Assembly: GCA_964538805.1 (NCBI GenBank)
Contig: CAZIGN010000002.1
Location: 18,245 to 82,244 of the forward strand
Source of the DNA: an uncultured Lachnospiraceae bacterium
GTDB taxonomy: Bacteria; Bacillota; Clostridia; Lachnospirales; Lachnospiraceae
Reading direction: 5' to 3'
Length of the DNA stretch: 64,000 nt
Both the position numbers and the translations under genes were made by a program. Positions 20,896 to 30,020 of this stretch are shown piece by piece; positions within the stretch are counted from its first letter, which is position 1, and every line of letters starts with the position of its first letter. The notes beneath the pieces were generated by a model. The model saw nothing but the letters and a program-made list of their open reading frames with translations. It ran no database searches and was not told the origin of the DNA.

Positions 20896-21189
20896 TTATT
20901 TAATCTTTGTTCCCACATAAGATGAAACACCACCGGCAACATTTACTATATTATATCCTAGTTTTTCTAAATATCCGCAAGCCATTGAACTTCTGCCACC
21001 AGATTCACAAATTATAAACTGTTGCTTATCCTTGTTAAGATACTTTGATGGATCATTAAGAAGATCTCCCATTGGAATATTCTTAGAGTGATTTAAACAC
21101 CTGTTTTCATATTCATAAACCTCTCTGATATCAATTAAATCAATTTTTCCTAATAAACTTTCTATATCATTTACGTGTAGTACTTTCAT
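20896..21189 (-). CDS. Single-domain rhodanese (sulfurtransferase)
   Basis: 97 aa with active-site loop CESGGRS. Lies 30 nt upstream of, and co-oriented with, the CoADR-RHD gene. Confidence 0.8.
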   Translation of the reverse strand: MKVLHVNDIESLLGKIDLIDIREVYEYENRCLNHSKNIPMGDLLNDPSKYLNKDKQQFIICESGGRSSMACGYLEKLGYNIVNVAGGVSSYVGTKIK

Positions 21190-21283
21190 TTTAACACCTT
21201 TCTAATCTTTAAGACAAGCTATAAAGATTCCTTTCATAATTTATTTTAAGTTGTAATAGCTATATGTGAATATTATAACAATC

Positions 21284-21322
21284 AACATAATATTTCTGTA
21301 ACCTTATCACAAATATTATGTT
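21284..21322. promoter_or_regulatory. Perfect 12-bp inverted repeat (candidate operator) in the divergent rhodanese / proC intergenic region
   Basis: AACATAATATTT-N15-AAATATTATGTT. On the minus strand a predicted -35 TTACAG (21296-21301) lies in the spacer and a -10 TATAAT (21272-21277) lies 18 nt downstream, so one arm fills the promoter spacer. Confidence 0.45.
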
Positions 21323-21409
21323 AATCATTTAACATTTTAATAGACTTATTTATATGATTATATTATAATACAAAGGATTACATAAAAATAAATTCAATTT
21401 GGAGGCAGT

Positions 21410-22210
21410 ATGGCGAAGATAGGTTTTATTGGAATGGGCAATATGGGATATGCAATGCTTAAAGGTGCTTTAAAAGTATTTGATAAATCAGATTTGGTTT
21501 TTACAGATGCTAATGCAAGTAGAATGATTAGTGTTTCTAAAGAAACAGGTGTCGAATATGTAGAGTCTAATGCAGAACTTGCAAATATAGCTTCATTTAT
21601 TATAATGGCAGTTAAGCCTGTTTATTATAATACAGTCATTAAAAATATTGTAAACATAGTCAATAAAGAAAAAGTTATTATATCGATTGCTCCAGGTATT
21701 ACAATAAAAGAGTTGAGAGATTATTTTGGATATGAAACAAAGATTGTTAGAGCAATGCCTAATACGCCTGCACTTCTTGGCGAAGGGATGACAGGACTTT
21801 GCGTAGATGATATAGGTATAGACTTTAAAGAAAAAGAAATTATAGAAAAATTGTTTGGTTCTTTTGGACACTACAAGTTTATGCAAGAAAGACTTATGAG
21901 TACAATAACTTGTGCAAGTGGCAGTTCACCTGCATATGTATTTATGTTTATAGAAGCGCTCGCAGATGGTGTAGTCAAGTACGGAATGCCTAGAGATGTG
22001 GCTTATGAAATGGTAGCTCAAACTGTTTTAGGAGCAGCTAAGATGGTTTTAGAAACTAAAAAGCATCCAGGAGAATTAAAAGATCAAGTCTGCTCGCCAT
22101 CAGGAACAACTATTGCAGGAGTTAGTGCACTCGAAGAGCATGGATTTAGAAATGCTATTATAAAAGCAGTAGATGCTTGCTATAATAGAGCTGAGAATCC
22201 CTTAAAATAA
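21410..22210 (+). CDS. proC: Pyrroline-5-carboxylate reductase
   Basis: N-terminal IGFIGMGNMG Rossmann fold, RAMPNTPA, and the C-terminal motif VCSPSGTTIAG. Confidence 0.92.
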   Translation: MAKIGFIGMGNMGYAMLKGALKVFDKSDLVFTDANASRMISVSKETGVEYVESNAELANIASFIIMAVKPVYYNTVIKNIVNIVNKEKVIISIAPGITIKELRDYFGYETKIVRAMPNTPALLGEGMTGLCVDDIGIDFKEKEIIEKLFGSFGHYKFMQERLMSTITCASGSSPAYVFMFIEALADGVVKYGMPRDVAYEMVAQTVLGAAKMVLETKKHPGELKDQVCSPSGTTIAGVSALEEHGFRNAIIKAVDACYNRAENPLK

Positions 22211-22239
22211 ATACATAAATAAAATATTGGAGAAGCATA

Positions 22240-22773
22240 GTGAAAAAACTAGAAAGAATAAATAGAGAAGTTATATATAAAGGCGCAATAATAGATGTTT
22301 ATAAAGATAAAATCAAAGATATTAATGGAAACATGTATGATTATGACTTTATTGATCATAAAGGGGCGGCGGCGGTATTGCCAATTACACTAGATGATAA
22401 AGTAATTTTAGTCAAGCAATACAGAAATGCACAAGATAGATATACTCTTGAAATTCCAGCTGGCGGTTATTTAAGCAAAGATGAAAGACCAATTGAGTGT
22501 GCAAAAAGAGAGCTTGAAGAAGAAATTGGATATAAAAGTGATAATCTAAAATTTTTAATAACTATAGTAACTACCGTTGCATTTTGTAATGAAAAGATAG
22601 AGATTTTTATAGCAAGAGATTTAATCAAAACACAACAAAACCTAGATGAAGGTGAGTATATCGAAGTTGTAGAACTAGATTTTGAAGAAGTGTTAGACAT
22701 GATAAAAAATGGTGAAATAATAGATTCAAAAACTGTAAGTGCAGTACTAGCTTATAAAGAGTTTATTTTATAA
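22240..22773 (+). CDS. nudF: NUDIX hydrolase, ADP-ribose pyrophosphatase-like
   Basis: Nudix box GGYLSKDERPIECAKRELEEEIGY. GTG start behind GGAGAAG. Neighbour of xerD as in Bacillus. Confidence 0.75.
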   Translation: MKKLERINREVIYKGAIIDVYKDKIKDINGNMYDYDFIDHKGAAAVLPITLDDKVILVKQYRNAQDRYTLEIPAGGYLSKDERPIECAKRELEEEIGYKSDNLKFLITIVTTVAFCNEKIEIFIARDLIKTQQNLDEGEYIEVVELDFEEVLDMIKNGEIIDSKTVSAVLAYKEFIL

Positions 22774-22839
22774 ATCGTTAAATTGTTAAGTATTCTATTT
22801 GTGATTTACTAGAACAAAGATGGAAAGAATGGGAAAATT

Positions 22840-23724
22840 ATGGACATTTATATTGAAGGTTTTTTGATTTATATGAAAGAAGTAAAGAATATAAGTTATA
22901 ATACGTCTATATCATATATGAGGGATTTAGAAAAATTAAGTGATTATATCAAAAAAGTTGGAATAGAAGATTTAAGACTTGTGAATGCAACTAATCTTAA
23001 TTCATTTATTTTAGAGCTAGAAAAAAATAAATTATCTCCAGCAACGATATCAAGAACAATAACTACTATAAAGGCCTTTTACTTATTTTTATTTAAAAAA
23101 GAACTTATAATTAGCATCCCTACAGATATGTTAAAAGCTCCTAAAGTTGAAAAGAAAACACCTGAGACATTAACAATAAAAGAAATTGAAAGTTTGTTAG
23201 AACAACCAACAGGTAAAAAACCTAAGGACATAAGAGATAAAGCAATGCTTGAATTGTTATATGCAACAGGAATAAGAGTGTCGGAATTAATTAATTTAAA
23301 ATTAAAAGATGTAAATATACAAATGAACTACTTAATATGTATTTCTAATACTAAAGAAAGAGTTATTCCTTTTGGAAATGTAGCTAAAAAAGCATTACTA
23401 AAGTATGTTAATAATGCAAGAGAATTTTTAGTAGATAGTCCTAACAATGATTATTTGTTCTTGAATTGTTCGGGTGGAACAATGAGTAGACAAGGATTTT
23501 GGAAAATTTTAAAAGAATATGGAATGTCTGCAGGTATAAGAAAAGAAATAACACCACATATGCTAAGACATTCATTTGCAGCACATTTAGTACAAAATGG
23601 AGCTGATCTAAGAGCAGTACAAGAAATGATGGGGCATTCTGAGATTTATACAACTCAAAAATACTTAAATAAAGAAACTTTAAAAATTAGGGAAGTTTAC
23701 TCTAATTCACATCCAAGGGTATAA
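22840..23724 (+). CDS. xerD: Tyrosine recombinase XerD (chromosome dimer resolution)
   Basis: SAM-like N domain and catalytic C terminus HMLRHSFAAHLVQNGADLRAVQEMMGHSEIYTTQKY. 294 aa. Confidence 0.8.
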   Translation: MDIYIEGFLIYMKEVKNISYNTSISYMRDLEKLSDYIKKVGIEDLRLVNATNLNSFILELEKNKLSPATISRTITTIKAFYLFLFKKELIISIPTDMLKAPKVEKKTPETLTIKEIESLLEQPTGKKPKDIRDKAMLELLYATGIRVSELINLKLKDVNIQMNYLICISNTKERVIPFGNVAKKALLKYVNNAREFLVDSPNNDYLFLNCSGGTMSRQGFWKILKEYGMSAGIRKEITPHMLRHSFAAHLVQNGADLRAVQEMMGHSEIYTTQKYLNKETLKIREVYSNSHPRV

Positions 23725-23726
23725 CT

Positions 23727-23756
23727 AAGACGTTACCAAAAGGTAACGTCTTTTTA
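23727..23756 (+). terminator. Rho-independent terminator after xerD
   Basis: AAGACGTTACC-aaaa-GGTAACGTCTT followed by TTTT. Confidence 0.85.
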
Positions 23757-24006
23757 TATTTCACAAAAATATATTGAAAAGAAATTAAAAACACACAAGT
23801 ATATGTTGCATTAACATACAAGAAAATGTCAAAGTGACGAAAAAAACAATAATTAAATCTTGTTTTAAAAAAAATCAAAAATAGATATGAAAATACGAGC
23901 AATAAATTCAAAAAAAGTTATATAAGTGGTAAAATTTGATAAGTAAAACCTATAATTTGTGTTTAAATAGACAAAGAACACAATATGTTGAATTGCGAGA
24001 TATTAC

Positions 24007-24035
24007 TTGCAAAAACGAGCATATTGTCGTATAAT
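24007..24035 (+). promoter_or_regulatory. Predicted sigma-A promoter of the Hpt gene
   Basis: TTGCAA, an exact 17-nt spacer, then TATAAT. Confidence 0.55.
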
Positions 24036-24086
24036 TAACTTGAAATTAATAAAAGTTTTATGTGCGTTAGCAAGAAAGGAGTATTT

Positions 24087-24482
24087 ATGAATATTAGAAA
24101 ATTATATGAAGTAGGTATTGATTATAAAAGTGGTGTTCAACGTTGTATGGGTAATTATGTTTTATATGAAAACATGTTGGCTTTGTTTGTAGAGGAAAAT
24201 GATTTTTACGAACTAGTTGATATATATAATAGAAGAGACTATAAAAAGTTATTTGAATATGTTCATATGATGAAGGGGATAGCTGGAAACTTAAGCATGA
24301 AAGGTTTATATGATGAATGCTTTATGTTAGTTGAAACATTAAGAGCAAAGAATTATAAATTAGTTGATGAATTAATAGGAGCTGTTTTAGAAGAATATGA
24401 TTTGGTACTAAAAACTATAACAGAAGCAATAAATGAAGCGAATAATATAAAAACAAAAAAAGAATTAGTAAATACAAATTAA
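24087..24482 (+). CDS. Stand-alone Hpt (histidine phosphotransfer) domain protein
   Basis: About 131 aa, four-helix-bundle-like, with the Hpt signature HMMKGIAGNLSM (HxxKG). Start placed at ATG 24087 behind AGAAAGGAG. Confidence 0.7.
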   Translation: MNIRKLYEVGIDYKSGVQRCMGNYVLYENMLALFVEENDFYELVDIYNRRDYKKLFEYVHMMKGIAGNLSMKGLYDECFMLVETLRAKNYKLVDELIGAVLEEYDLVLKTITEAINEANNIKTKKELVNTN

Positions 24483-24522
24483 AAAAATGAACACTATTTA
24501 TAAAAATAGTGTTCATTTTTTT
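24481..24522. terminator. Bidirectional terminator between convergent Hpt and DAHP synthase genes
   Basis: AAAAAAATGAACACTATTT-ataaa-AATAGTGTTCATTTTTTT. Confidence 0.8.
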
Positions 24523-24529
24523 AATTTTT

Positions 24530-25561
24530 TTATTTTAACATGTCTGCTATATCATATATTAATTTTTCGCTATCAGCAAAACCTAAGCAAGGGTCTGTTA
24601 TAGATTTTCCATAAACACCATCACCGATTTTTTGACAACCTTCTTCTATATAACTTTCAATCATTAATCCTTTAACAAAGTTTCTTATATCGCTTGAATG
24701 TCTTAAACTATAAACAACTTCTTTAGCTATTCTAGTTTGCTGATTATACTTTTTATCAGAATTAGCATGATTTGTGTCTATTAAAACTGCAGGATTTACT
24801 AAGTTTCTTTCAGCATACATCTCATATAATCTACTAATATCTTCATAGTGGTAATTTGGATTACATTGGCCATGTTTATTAACGGCACCTCTTAAAATTG
24901 TATGAGCCAAAGGATTTCCAGATGATTTAACTTGATAATTTCTATACATAAAAGTATGTTTTGCCTGAGCGGCTATTACAGAATTAAGCATTACAGAAAA
25001 ATCTCCACTTGTAGGATTTTTCATGCCTACAGGAACATTCATACCACTTACAACTAATCGGTGTTGTTGGTTTTCTACTGAACGTGCACCTATTGCAACA
25101 TAAGATAAAATATCTGAGAAATACAAGAAGTTTTCAGGGTAAAGCATTTCATCTGCAGAAAAAAGACCTGTTTCCTCCATTGCTCTAATGTGCATTTTTC
25201 TTATAGCTAGTATTCCAGAAGTTAAATCAGGTTTTTTTTCTGGATCAGGTTGATGCAGCATACCTTTGTATCCTTCACCTGTTGTTCTTGGTTTGTTAGT
25301 ATAAATTCTTGGAACTAATATAATCTTATCAGATACTTTTTCTTGAATTTTTGCAAGTCTTGAAACGTAATCACAAACAGAATCTTCATTATCTGCTGAA
25401 CATGGACCTATAACTAAGACAAATTTATCACTTTTCCCAGTAAAAACATCTGCTATTTCTTTATCGCGAATAGCTTTTTCTTGCTTAAGCTTTTCTGAAA
25501 GTGGAAATTGTTCTTTAACCTCTTCTGGTGTTGGTAATTCTTTAATGTATTCTAAACTCAT
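24530..25561 (-). CDS. 3-deoxy-7-phosphoheptulonate (DAHP) synthase, class I-alpha
   Basis: 343 aa with VIGPCSADNED, KPRTTGEGYKGM and IDTNHANS. The AroF/G/H isozyme cannot be assigned. Confidence 0.88.
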   Translation of the reverse strand: MSLEYIKELPTPEEVKEQFPLSEKLKQEKAIRDKEIADVFTGKSDKFVLVIGPCSADNEDSVCDYVSRLAKIQEKVSDKIILVPRIYTNKPRTTGEGYKGMLHQPDPEKKPDLTSGILAIRKMHIRAMEETGLFSADEMLYPENFLYFSDILSYVAIGARSVENQQHRLVVSGMNVPVGMKNPTSGDFSVMLNSVIAAQAKHTFMYRNYQVKSSGNPLAHTILRGAVNKHGQCNPNYHYEDISRLYEMYAERNLVNPAVLIDTNHANSDKKYNQQTRIAKEVVYSLRHSSDIRNFVKGLMIESYIEEGCQKIGDGVYGKSITDPCLGFADSEKLIYDIADMLK

Positions 25562-25788
25562 TTTGTACCTAGCCTTTCATAGTTTGTTAAAAATATCGCA
25601 ATTGAAATTATATTATATATATAAGAAAATATCAAGCAGATATTAGTTTTCTAGAGTTATTATAGTATAATGAAAATAAATAAGATATATAAAAAGTTGT
25701 TAAATAATGAGAAATTTTATATAATAATTTGTATAAGTTCTATAATATAGATAAAATGATTTATTATGAAAGGTAGCGGTGATTATAT

Positions 25789-26970
25789 ATGATAAAAAGA
25801 ATAATATGGATTGTTTTAGATAGCGTTGGAATGGGAGAATTACCAGATGCCGATATTTATGGCGATGTTGGGAGTAATACTCTAGGAAATATATACAAAA
25901 AAAATGGTGGACTAGAACTTCCTAATTTGATTAAACTAGGGCTTTCTAATATCGAAGGTATGAAAGGTTTTAAAAAGATTACAAATCCTATTGGCGCATT
26001 TGCAAGAGTTGCAGAAATGTCAAAAGGTAAGGATACTACTATAGGACATTGGGAGATGATAGGAATATATTCAAAAGTTCCTTTTCCAACTTATGAAAGT
26101 GGTTTTCCAAAAGAGATAATTAATGAATTCATTAAGAGAGCTAAGATACCAGGAATATTGGGTAATAAGGTAGCTTCGGGAACGGATATTCTAATAGAAC
26201 TAGCTGATGAACATATTAAAAAGAGAATGCCTATTATTTATACCTCAGCTGATAGTGTTTTTCAAATTGCATGTCATGAGGAAGTTTATTCTATAGATGA
26301 ATTATATAATATGTGTCAAATTGCAAGAGAACTACTAGTAGGTGAACATGAAGTTGCAAGAGTAATTGCAAGACCATTTGTAGGACAAAACAATAATTGG
26401 ACAAGAACTTCAAATAGAAGAGATTTTTCTAAGACTCCTCCTGAAAATAATTTGCTAGTTAACATGAAAGAAATGAATATGAATGTTGTTGGTATAGGCA
26501 AAATAGAAGACATATTTGCGGGAGAAGGAATTACTAAAGCAATTCATACCAAGGATAACGAAGATGGTATGGATGTTACATTAAAAGAAATGAAAAAAAC
26601 CAAAGAGGGTTTGATATTTACAAATTTAGTTGAATTTGATTCTAAATGGGGGCATAGAAACGATTACAAAGGTTATGCAAAAGGACTTGAACAATTTGAT
26701 ATTAGATTAAAAGAAGTCCTTGATAATCTATTAGAAGATGATTTGCTTATTATTACAGCAGACCATGGCTGTGATCCTACAACTATAAGTACTGACCATT
26801 CAAGAGAATATGTGCCACTTGTTATATATGGTAATCAAGTAATACCTGGAACTGATTTAAAAACTTTAAGTACTTTTTCTGATATAGGACAAACTATTTC
26901 GGAAATATTTAACCTGAAAAAGCTAGATATAGGAACTAGTTTTCTTGAAAAAATAATTAAAGTAAAATAA
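25789..26970 (+). CDS. deoB: Phosphopentomutase
   Basis: RIIWIVLDSVGMGELPDADIYGDVGSNTLG at the N terminus and ADHGCDPT near the C terminus. Confidence 0.93.
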   Translation: MIKRIIWIVLDSVGMGELPDADIYGDVGSNTLGNIYKKNGGLELPNLIKLGLSNIEGMKGFKKITNPIGAFARVAEMSKGKDTTIGHWEMIGIYSKVPFPTYESGFPKEIINEFIKRAKIPGILGNKVASGTDILIELADEHIKKRMPIIYTSADSVFQIACHEEVYSIDELYNMCQIARELLVGEHEVARVIARPFVGQNNNWTRTSNRRDFSKTPPENNLLVNMKEMNMNVVGIGKIEDIFAGEGITKAIHTKDNEDGMDVTLKEMKKTKEGLIFTNLVEFDSKWGHRNDYKGYAKGLEQFDIRLKEVLDNLLEDDLLIITADHGCDPTTISTDHSREYVPLVIYGNQVIPGTDLKTLSTFSDIGQTISEIFNLKKLDIGTSFLEKIIKVK

Positions 26971-27015
26971 AACATAAAAAGAAAGATGTATATACTATAC
27001 AAACAAGGTACTGAT

Positions 27016-28323
27016 ATGAAAATGTATGATATTATTAATAAAAAGAAAAATAAAAAAGCCTTAACAAAAGAAGAAATAGCATTTTTTATTGAAGGATATA
27101 CAAAAAATGAAATACCTGATTATCAAGCTTCAGCTTTATTAATGGCAATTTGTCTTAATGGTATGAATAAAGCTGAAACAACATTTCTCACTCAAGAAAT
27201 GTCAAAAAGTGGTGAAGTTTTAGACTTGAGCGAGATTAAAGGCATCAAAGTCGATAAACATAGTACTGGAGGGGTTGGAGATAAAACAACTTTAGTACTT
27301 GCCCCTTTAGTTGCTTCTTGTGGCGTTCCCGTAGCAAAGATGTCAGGAAGAGGGCTTGGGCATACTGGTGGTACAATTGACAAGTTAGAAAGTATACCAG
27401 GATTTAGGACAAGCATATCAAACAGTGAGTTTATAAAAAATGTTAATGATATTAAACTTGCAATTGCTGCTCAAACTAAAAATTTAGCGCCAGCAGACAA
27501 ATTATTATATGCACTTAGAGACGTTACGGCAACAGTAGATAATATTTCCCTGATTGCTAGTAGTATAATGAGCAAAAAACTTTCTTCAGGAGCAGATGCA
27601 ATTGTTCTAGATGTAAAAGTCGGTAATGGTGCATTCATGAAAACAATAAAAGAAGCAACAAACTTAGCAAAAGCGATGGTAGAAATTGGTAATTTATCTC
27701 AAAAGCAAACTATAGCAGTGGTGACTGATATGAACCAACCATTAGGAAATGCAATAGGAAATACTTTAGAGGTTATAGAAGCTATAGAAACTTTAAATGG
27801 AAATGGGCCTAAAGACTTTCTAGAGTTAGTTATATGTTTAGGAGTAAATATGCTGATTTTAGGAAAAATAACGGATGATGAAAAAAAAGCAAGAGAAATG
27901 CTTATGAAGAAACTAGAATCTAAAGAAGCACTAGAAAAATTCAAAGAATTTGTCAAGGTACAAGGCGGGGAAGTAGACTATATAGACAACCCTGAATTAT
28001 TTAAAAAATCAAAAATAAAAAAAGAAGTAACACTAAATAAAAAAGGCTATATTTCAAAAATAAATGGATTATGTATTGGAGAGGCTTTGTTAGCACTTGG
28101 TGGTGCAAGAATAACTAAAGATACTGCAATTAAACATGAAGTAGGGATTTACTTGGTAAAAAAAGTTGCACAGAAAATAGAAAAAAATACAGTTGTTGCA
28201 TATATATATGCAAATTCAGAAAAAGAATTAGAAGAAGCTATCGTTTTGTTAGAAAAAGCCTACACTGTAACAAAAGAAGAACCAAAAGCAACTAATATAA
28301 TTAGAGCAATAATAAAGAGCTAG
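27016..28323 (+). CDS. pdp: Pyrimidine-nucleoside phosphorylase
   Basis: DKHSTGGVGDKT and SGRGLGHTGGTIDKLESIPGF. Start placed at ATG 27016 (MKMYDII) rather than the ORF start 26986. Confidence 0.92.
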   Translation: MKMYDIINKKKNKKALTKEEIAFFIEGYTKNEIPDYQASALLMAICLNGMNKAETTFLTQEMSKSGEVLDLSEIKGIKVDKHSTGGVGDKTTLVLAPLVASCGVPVAKMSGRGLGHTGGTIDKLESIPGFRTSISNSEFIKNVNDIKLAIAAQTKNLAPADKLLYALRDVTATVDNISLIASSIMSKKLSSGADAIVLDVKVGNGAFMKTIKEATNLAKAMVEIGNLSQKQTIAVVTDMNQPLGNAIGNTLEVIEAIETLNGNGPKDFLELVICLGVNMLILGKITDDEKKAREMLMKKLESKEALEKFKEFVKVQGGEVDYIDNPELFKKSKIKKEVTLNKKGYISKINGLCIGEALLALGGARITKDTAIKHEVGIYLVKKVAQKIEKNTVVAYIYANSEKELEEAIVLLEKAYTVTKEEPKATNIIRAIIKS

Positions 28324-28445
28324 AAAACAAATAAAATTGATGTTGATTTTACTTGTAAAACGAATAAAAATATTATAAAATACTCTTTTGTTGTAAATTA
28401 ATAACATTAACATATAATCATTAAGAAAGGTTGGAAAAAGAAGTT

Positions 28446-29921
28446 ATGAGTAATGAACAGCTAAACAAAATTGGATTCGATAATAAAAAATATTTAAAAA
28501 TGCAATCCGAAAAGATAAGAGAAAGAATTGATAATTTTGATAATAAACTTTATTTAGAGTTTGGAGGAAAATTATTTGATGACTTTCATGCATCTCGTGT
28601 TTTGCCAGGATTTGCTCCTGATAGCAAACTGCAAATGTTATTAGAATTAAAAGAACAAGCAGAGATAGTAATAGTAATAAGTGCAAATGATATAGAAAAA
28701 AACAAAGTAAGAAGCGATTTAGGAATAACTTATGATACTGATTTGTTAAGACTAATGCAAGCATATGAAGAAGTTGGTTTATATGTTGGAAGTGTTGTTT
28801 TAACACAATACAAGGGTCAAGAAAGTGCTCAGTTATTTAAGAGTAGATTGACAAAATTAGGAATAAAGGTATACACGCATTATATTATATCTGGTTACCC
28901 AAATAATATCCCACTAATATTAAGTGATTCAGGCTATGGGAAAAATGAATTCATTGAGACATCAAGACCTTTAGTAGTTATAACAGCTCCAGGACCAGGT
29001 AGTGGAAAGATGGCAACTTGTCTATCGCAATTATATCATGAACACAAAAGAGGAGTTAATGCAGGATATGCTAAGTTTGAAACATTTCCTATTTGGAACT
29101 TGCCACTAAAACACCCAGTAAATCTTGCATACGAGGCAGCAACTGTTGATTTAAAAGATGTAAATATGATAGATCCATTTCATCTTGAAGCTTATGGAGT
29201 AACAACGGTAAACTATAATAGAGATGTAGAGATTTTTCCTGTACTTAATGCTATTTTTTCAAATATATTTGATGAAAGTCCTTATAAATCACCAACAGAT
29301 ATGGGGGTAAACATGGCGGGTAATTGTATAATCGATGACGAAGCGTGTAGAGAAGCTTCGAAACAAGAAATTATCAGAAGATATTACAAAACCTTATGTG
29401 ATGAACTAAAAGGAAAGGCTAGTGATAAGGAAGTATACGATTTAGAATTGATAATGAACAACGCACAAATAAGTGTTAAAGATAGAAAAGTTGTAGCTAT
29501 CGCAAATGAAAAAGAAAAGATCTCTAATTCGCCTAGTGCAGCAATTGAACTAATGGATGGTACAATAGTTACTGGAAAAACTTCTGATCTTTTAGGAGCA
29601 TCTGCCGCATTGTTACTTAATTCACTTAAAATACTTGCAGGAATAGATGATGAGGTAAACCTTATATCACCAGAAGCTATTGAACCAATACAAAAGCTTA
29701 AGACTAATTATTTAAAAAGTAAAAATCCAAGACTTCATACTGATGAAGTATTAATAGCACTTTCAGTAAGTGCAACAAATTCAAAAAATGCTAAAATAGC
29801 TCTAGAACAATTGCCTAAACTAGAAGGATGTCAAGTTCATACATCAGTAATGTTATCAGATGTAGATACTAAAATATTTAAAAAACTTAACATACAAGTA
29901 ACTTCAGAAGCAAAAAATTAA
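28446..29921 (+). CDS. UPF0371 / DUF1846 family protein (function unknown)
   Basis: About 490 aa. The N terminus IGFDNKKYLKMQSEKIRERI matches my recollection of the UPF0371 family. The start is ambiguous (TTG 28431 or ATG 28446). Confidence 0.6.
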   Translation: MSNEQLNKIGFDNKKYLKMQSEKIRERIDNFDNKLYLEFGGKLFDDFHASRVLPGFAPDSKLQMLLELKEQAEIVIVISANDIEKNKVRSDLGITYDTDLLRLMQAYEEVGLYVGSVVLTQYKGQESAQLFKSRLTKLGIKVYTHYIISGYPNNIPLILSDSGYGKNEFIETSRPLVVITAPGPGSGKMATCLSQLYHEHKRGVNAGYAKFETFPIWNLPLKHPVNLAYEAATVDLKDVNMIDPFHLEAYGVTTVNYNRDVEIFPVLNAIFSNIFDESPYKSPTDMGVNMAGNCIIDDEACREASKQEIIRRYYKTLCDELKGKASDKEVYDLELIMNNAQISVKDRKVVAIANEKEKISNSPSAAIELMDGTIVTGKTSDLLGASAALLLNSLKILAGIDDEVNLISPEAIEPIQKLKTNYLKSKNPRLHTDEVLIALSVSATNSKNAKIALEQLPKLEGCQVHTSVMLSDVDTKIFKKLNIQVTSEAKN

Positions 29922-29945
29922 TAAGTATAATAAGTAAAACAAATT

Positions 29946-29974
29946 AAAAAAGCCACCGTATGGTGGCTTTTTTT
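29946..29974 (+). terminator. Rho-independent terminator after DUF1846 gene
   Basis: AAAAAAGCCACC-gtat-GGTGGCTTTTTTT. Confidence 0.9.
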
Positions 29975-30020
29975 AAAAATAAAAAACGTTAAAGATTAAT
30001 TTCAAGTTATCAAATAAATA

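Noticed and set aside
22840-23724. Tyrosine recombinase as a possible integrase marking a mobile element
   Set aside because: Its length and motifs fit XerD, and the neighbours (proC, nudF) are core genes as in Bacillus. I saw no flanking direct repeats, tRNA target, phage genes or transposase genes.
23702-23911. 69-aa minus-strand ORF in the xerD-Hpt spacer
   Set aside because: It is hydrophobic and low-complexity, runs through the xerD terminator, and has no SD. The 360-nt spacer otherwise shows no convincing sRNA promoter-terminator pair.
23957-23983. 7-bp inverted repeat TTGTGTT-N13-AACACAA upstream of the Hpt promoter
   Set aside because: The arms are too short, in AT-rich DNA, to distinguish from chance.
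25562-25788. Possible T-box or attenuator upstream of the DAHP synthase gene
   Set aside because: No T-box core sequence (reverse complement of AGGGUGGUACCGCG-like) or terminator/antiterminator pair was seen. The region looks like plain divergent AT-rich promoters.
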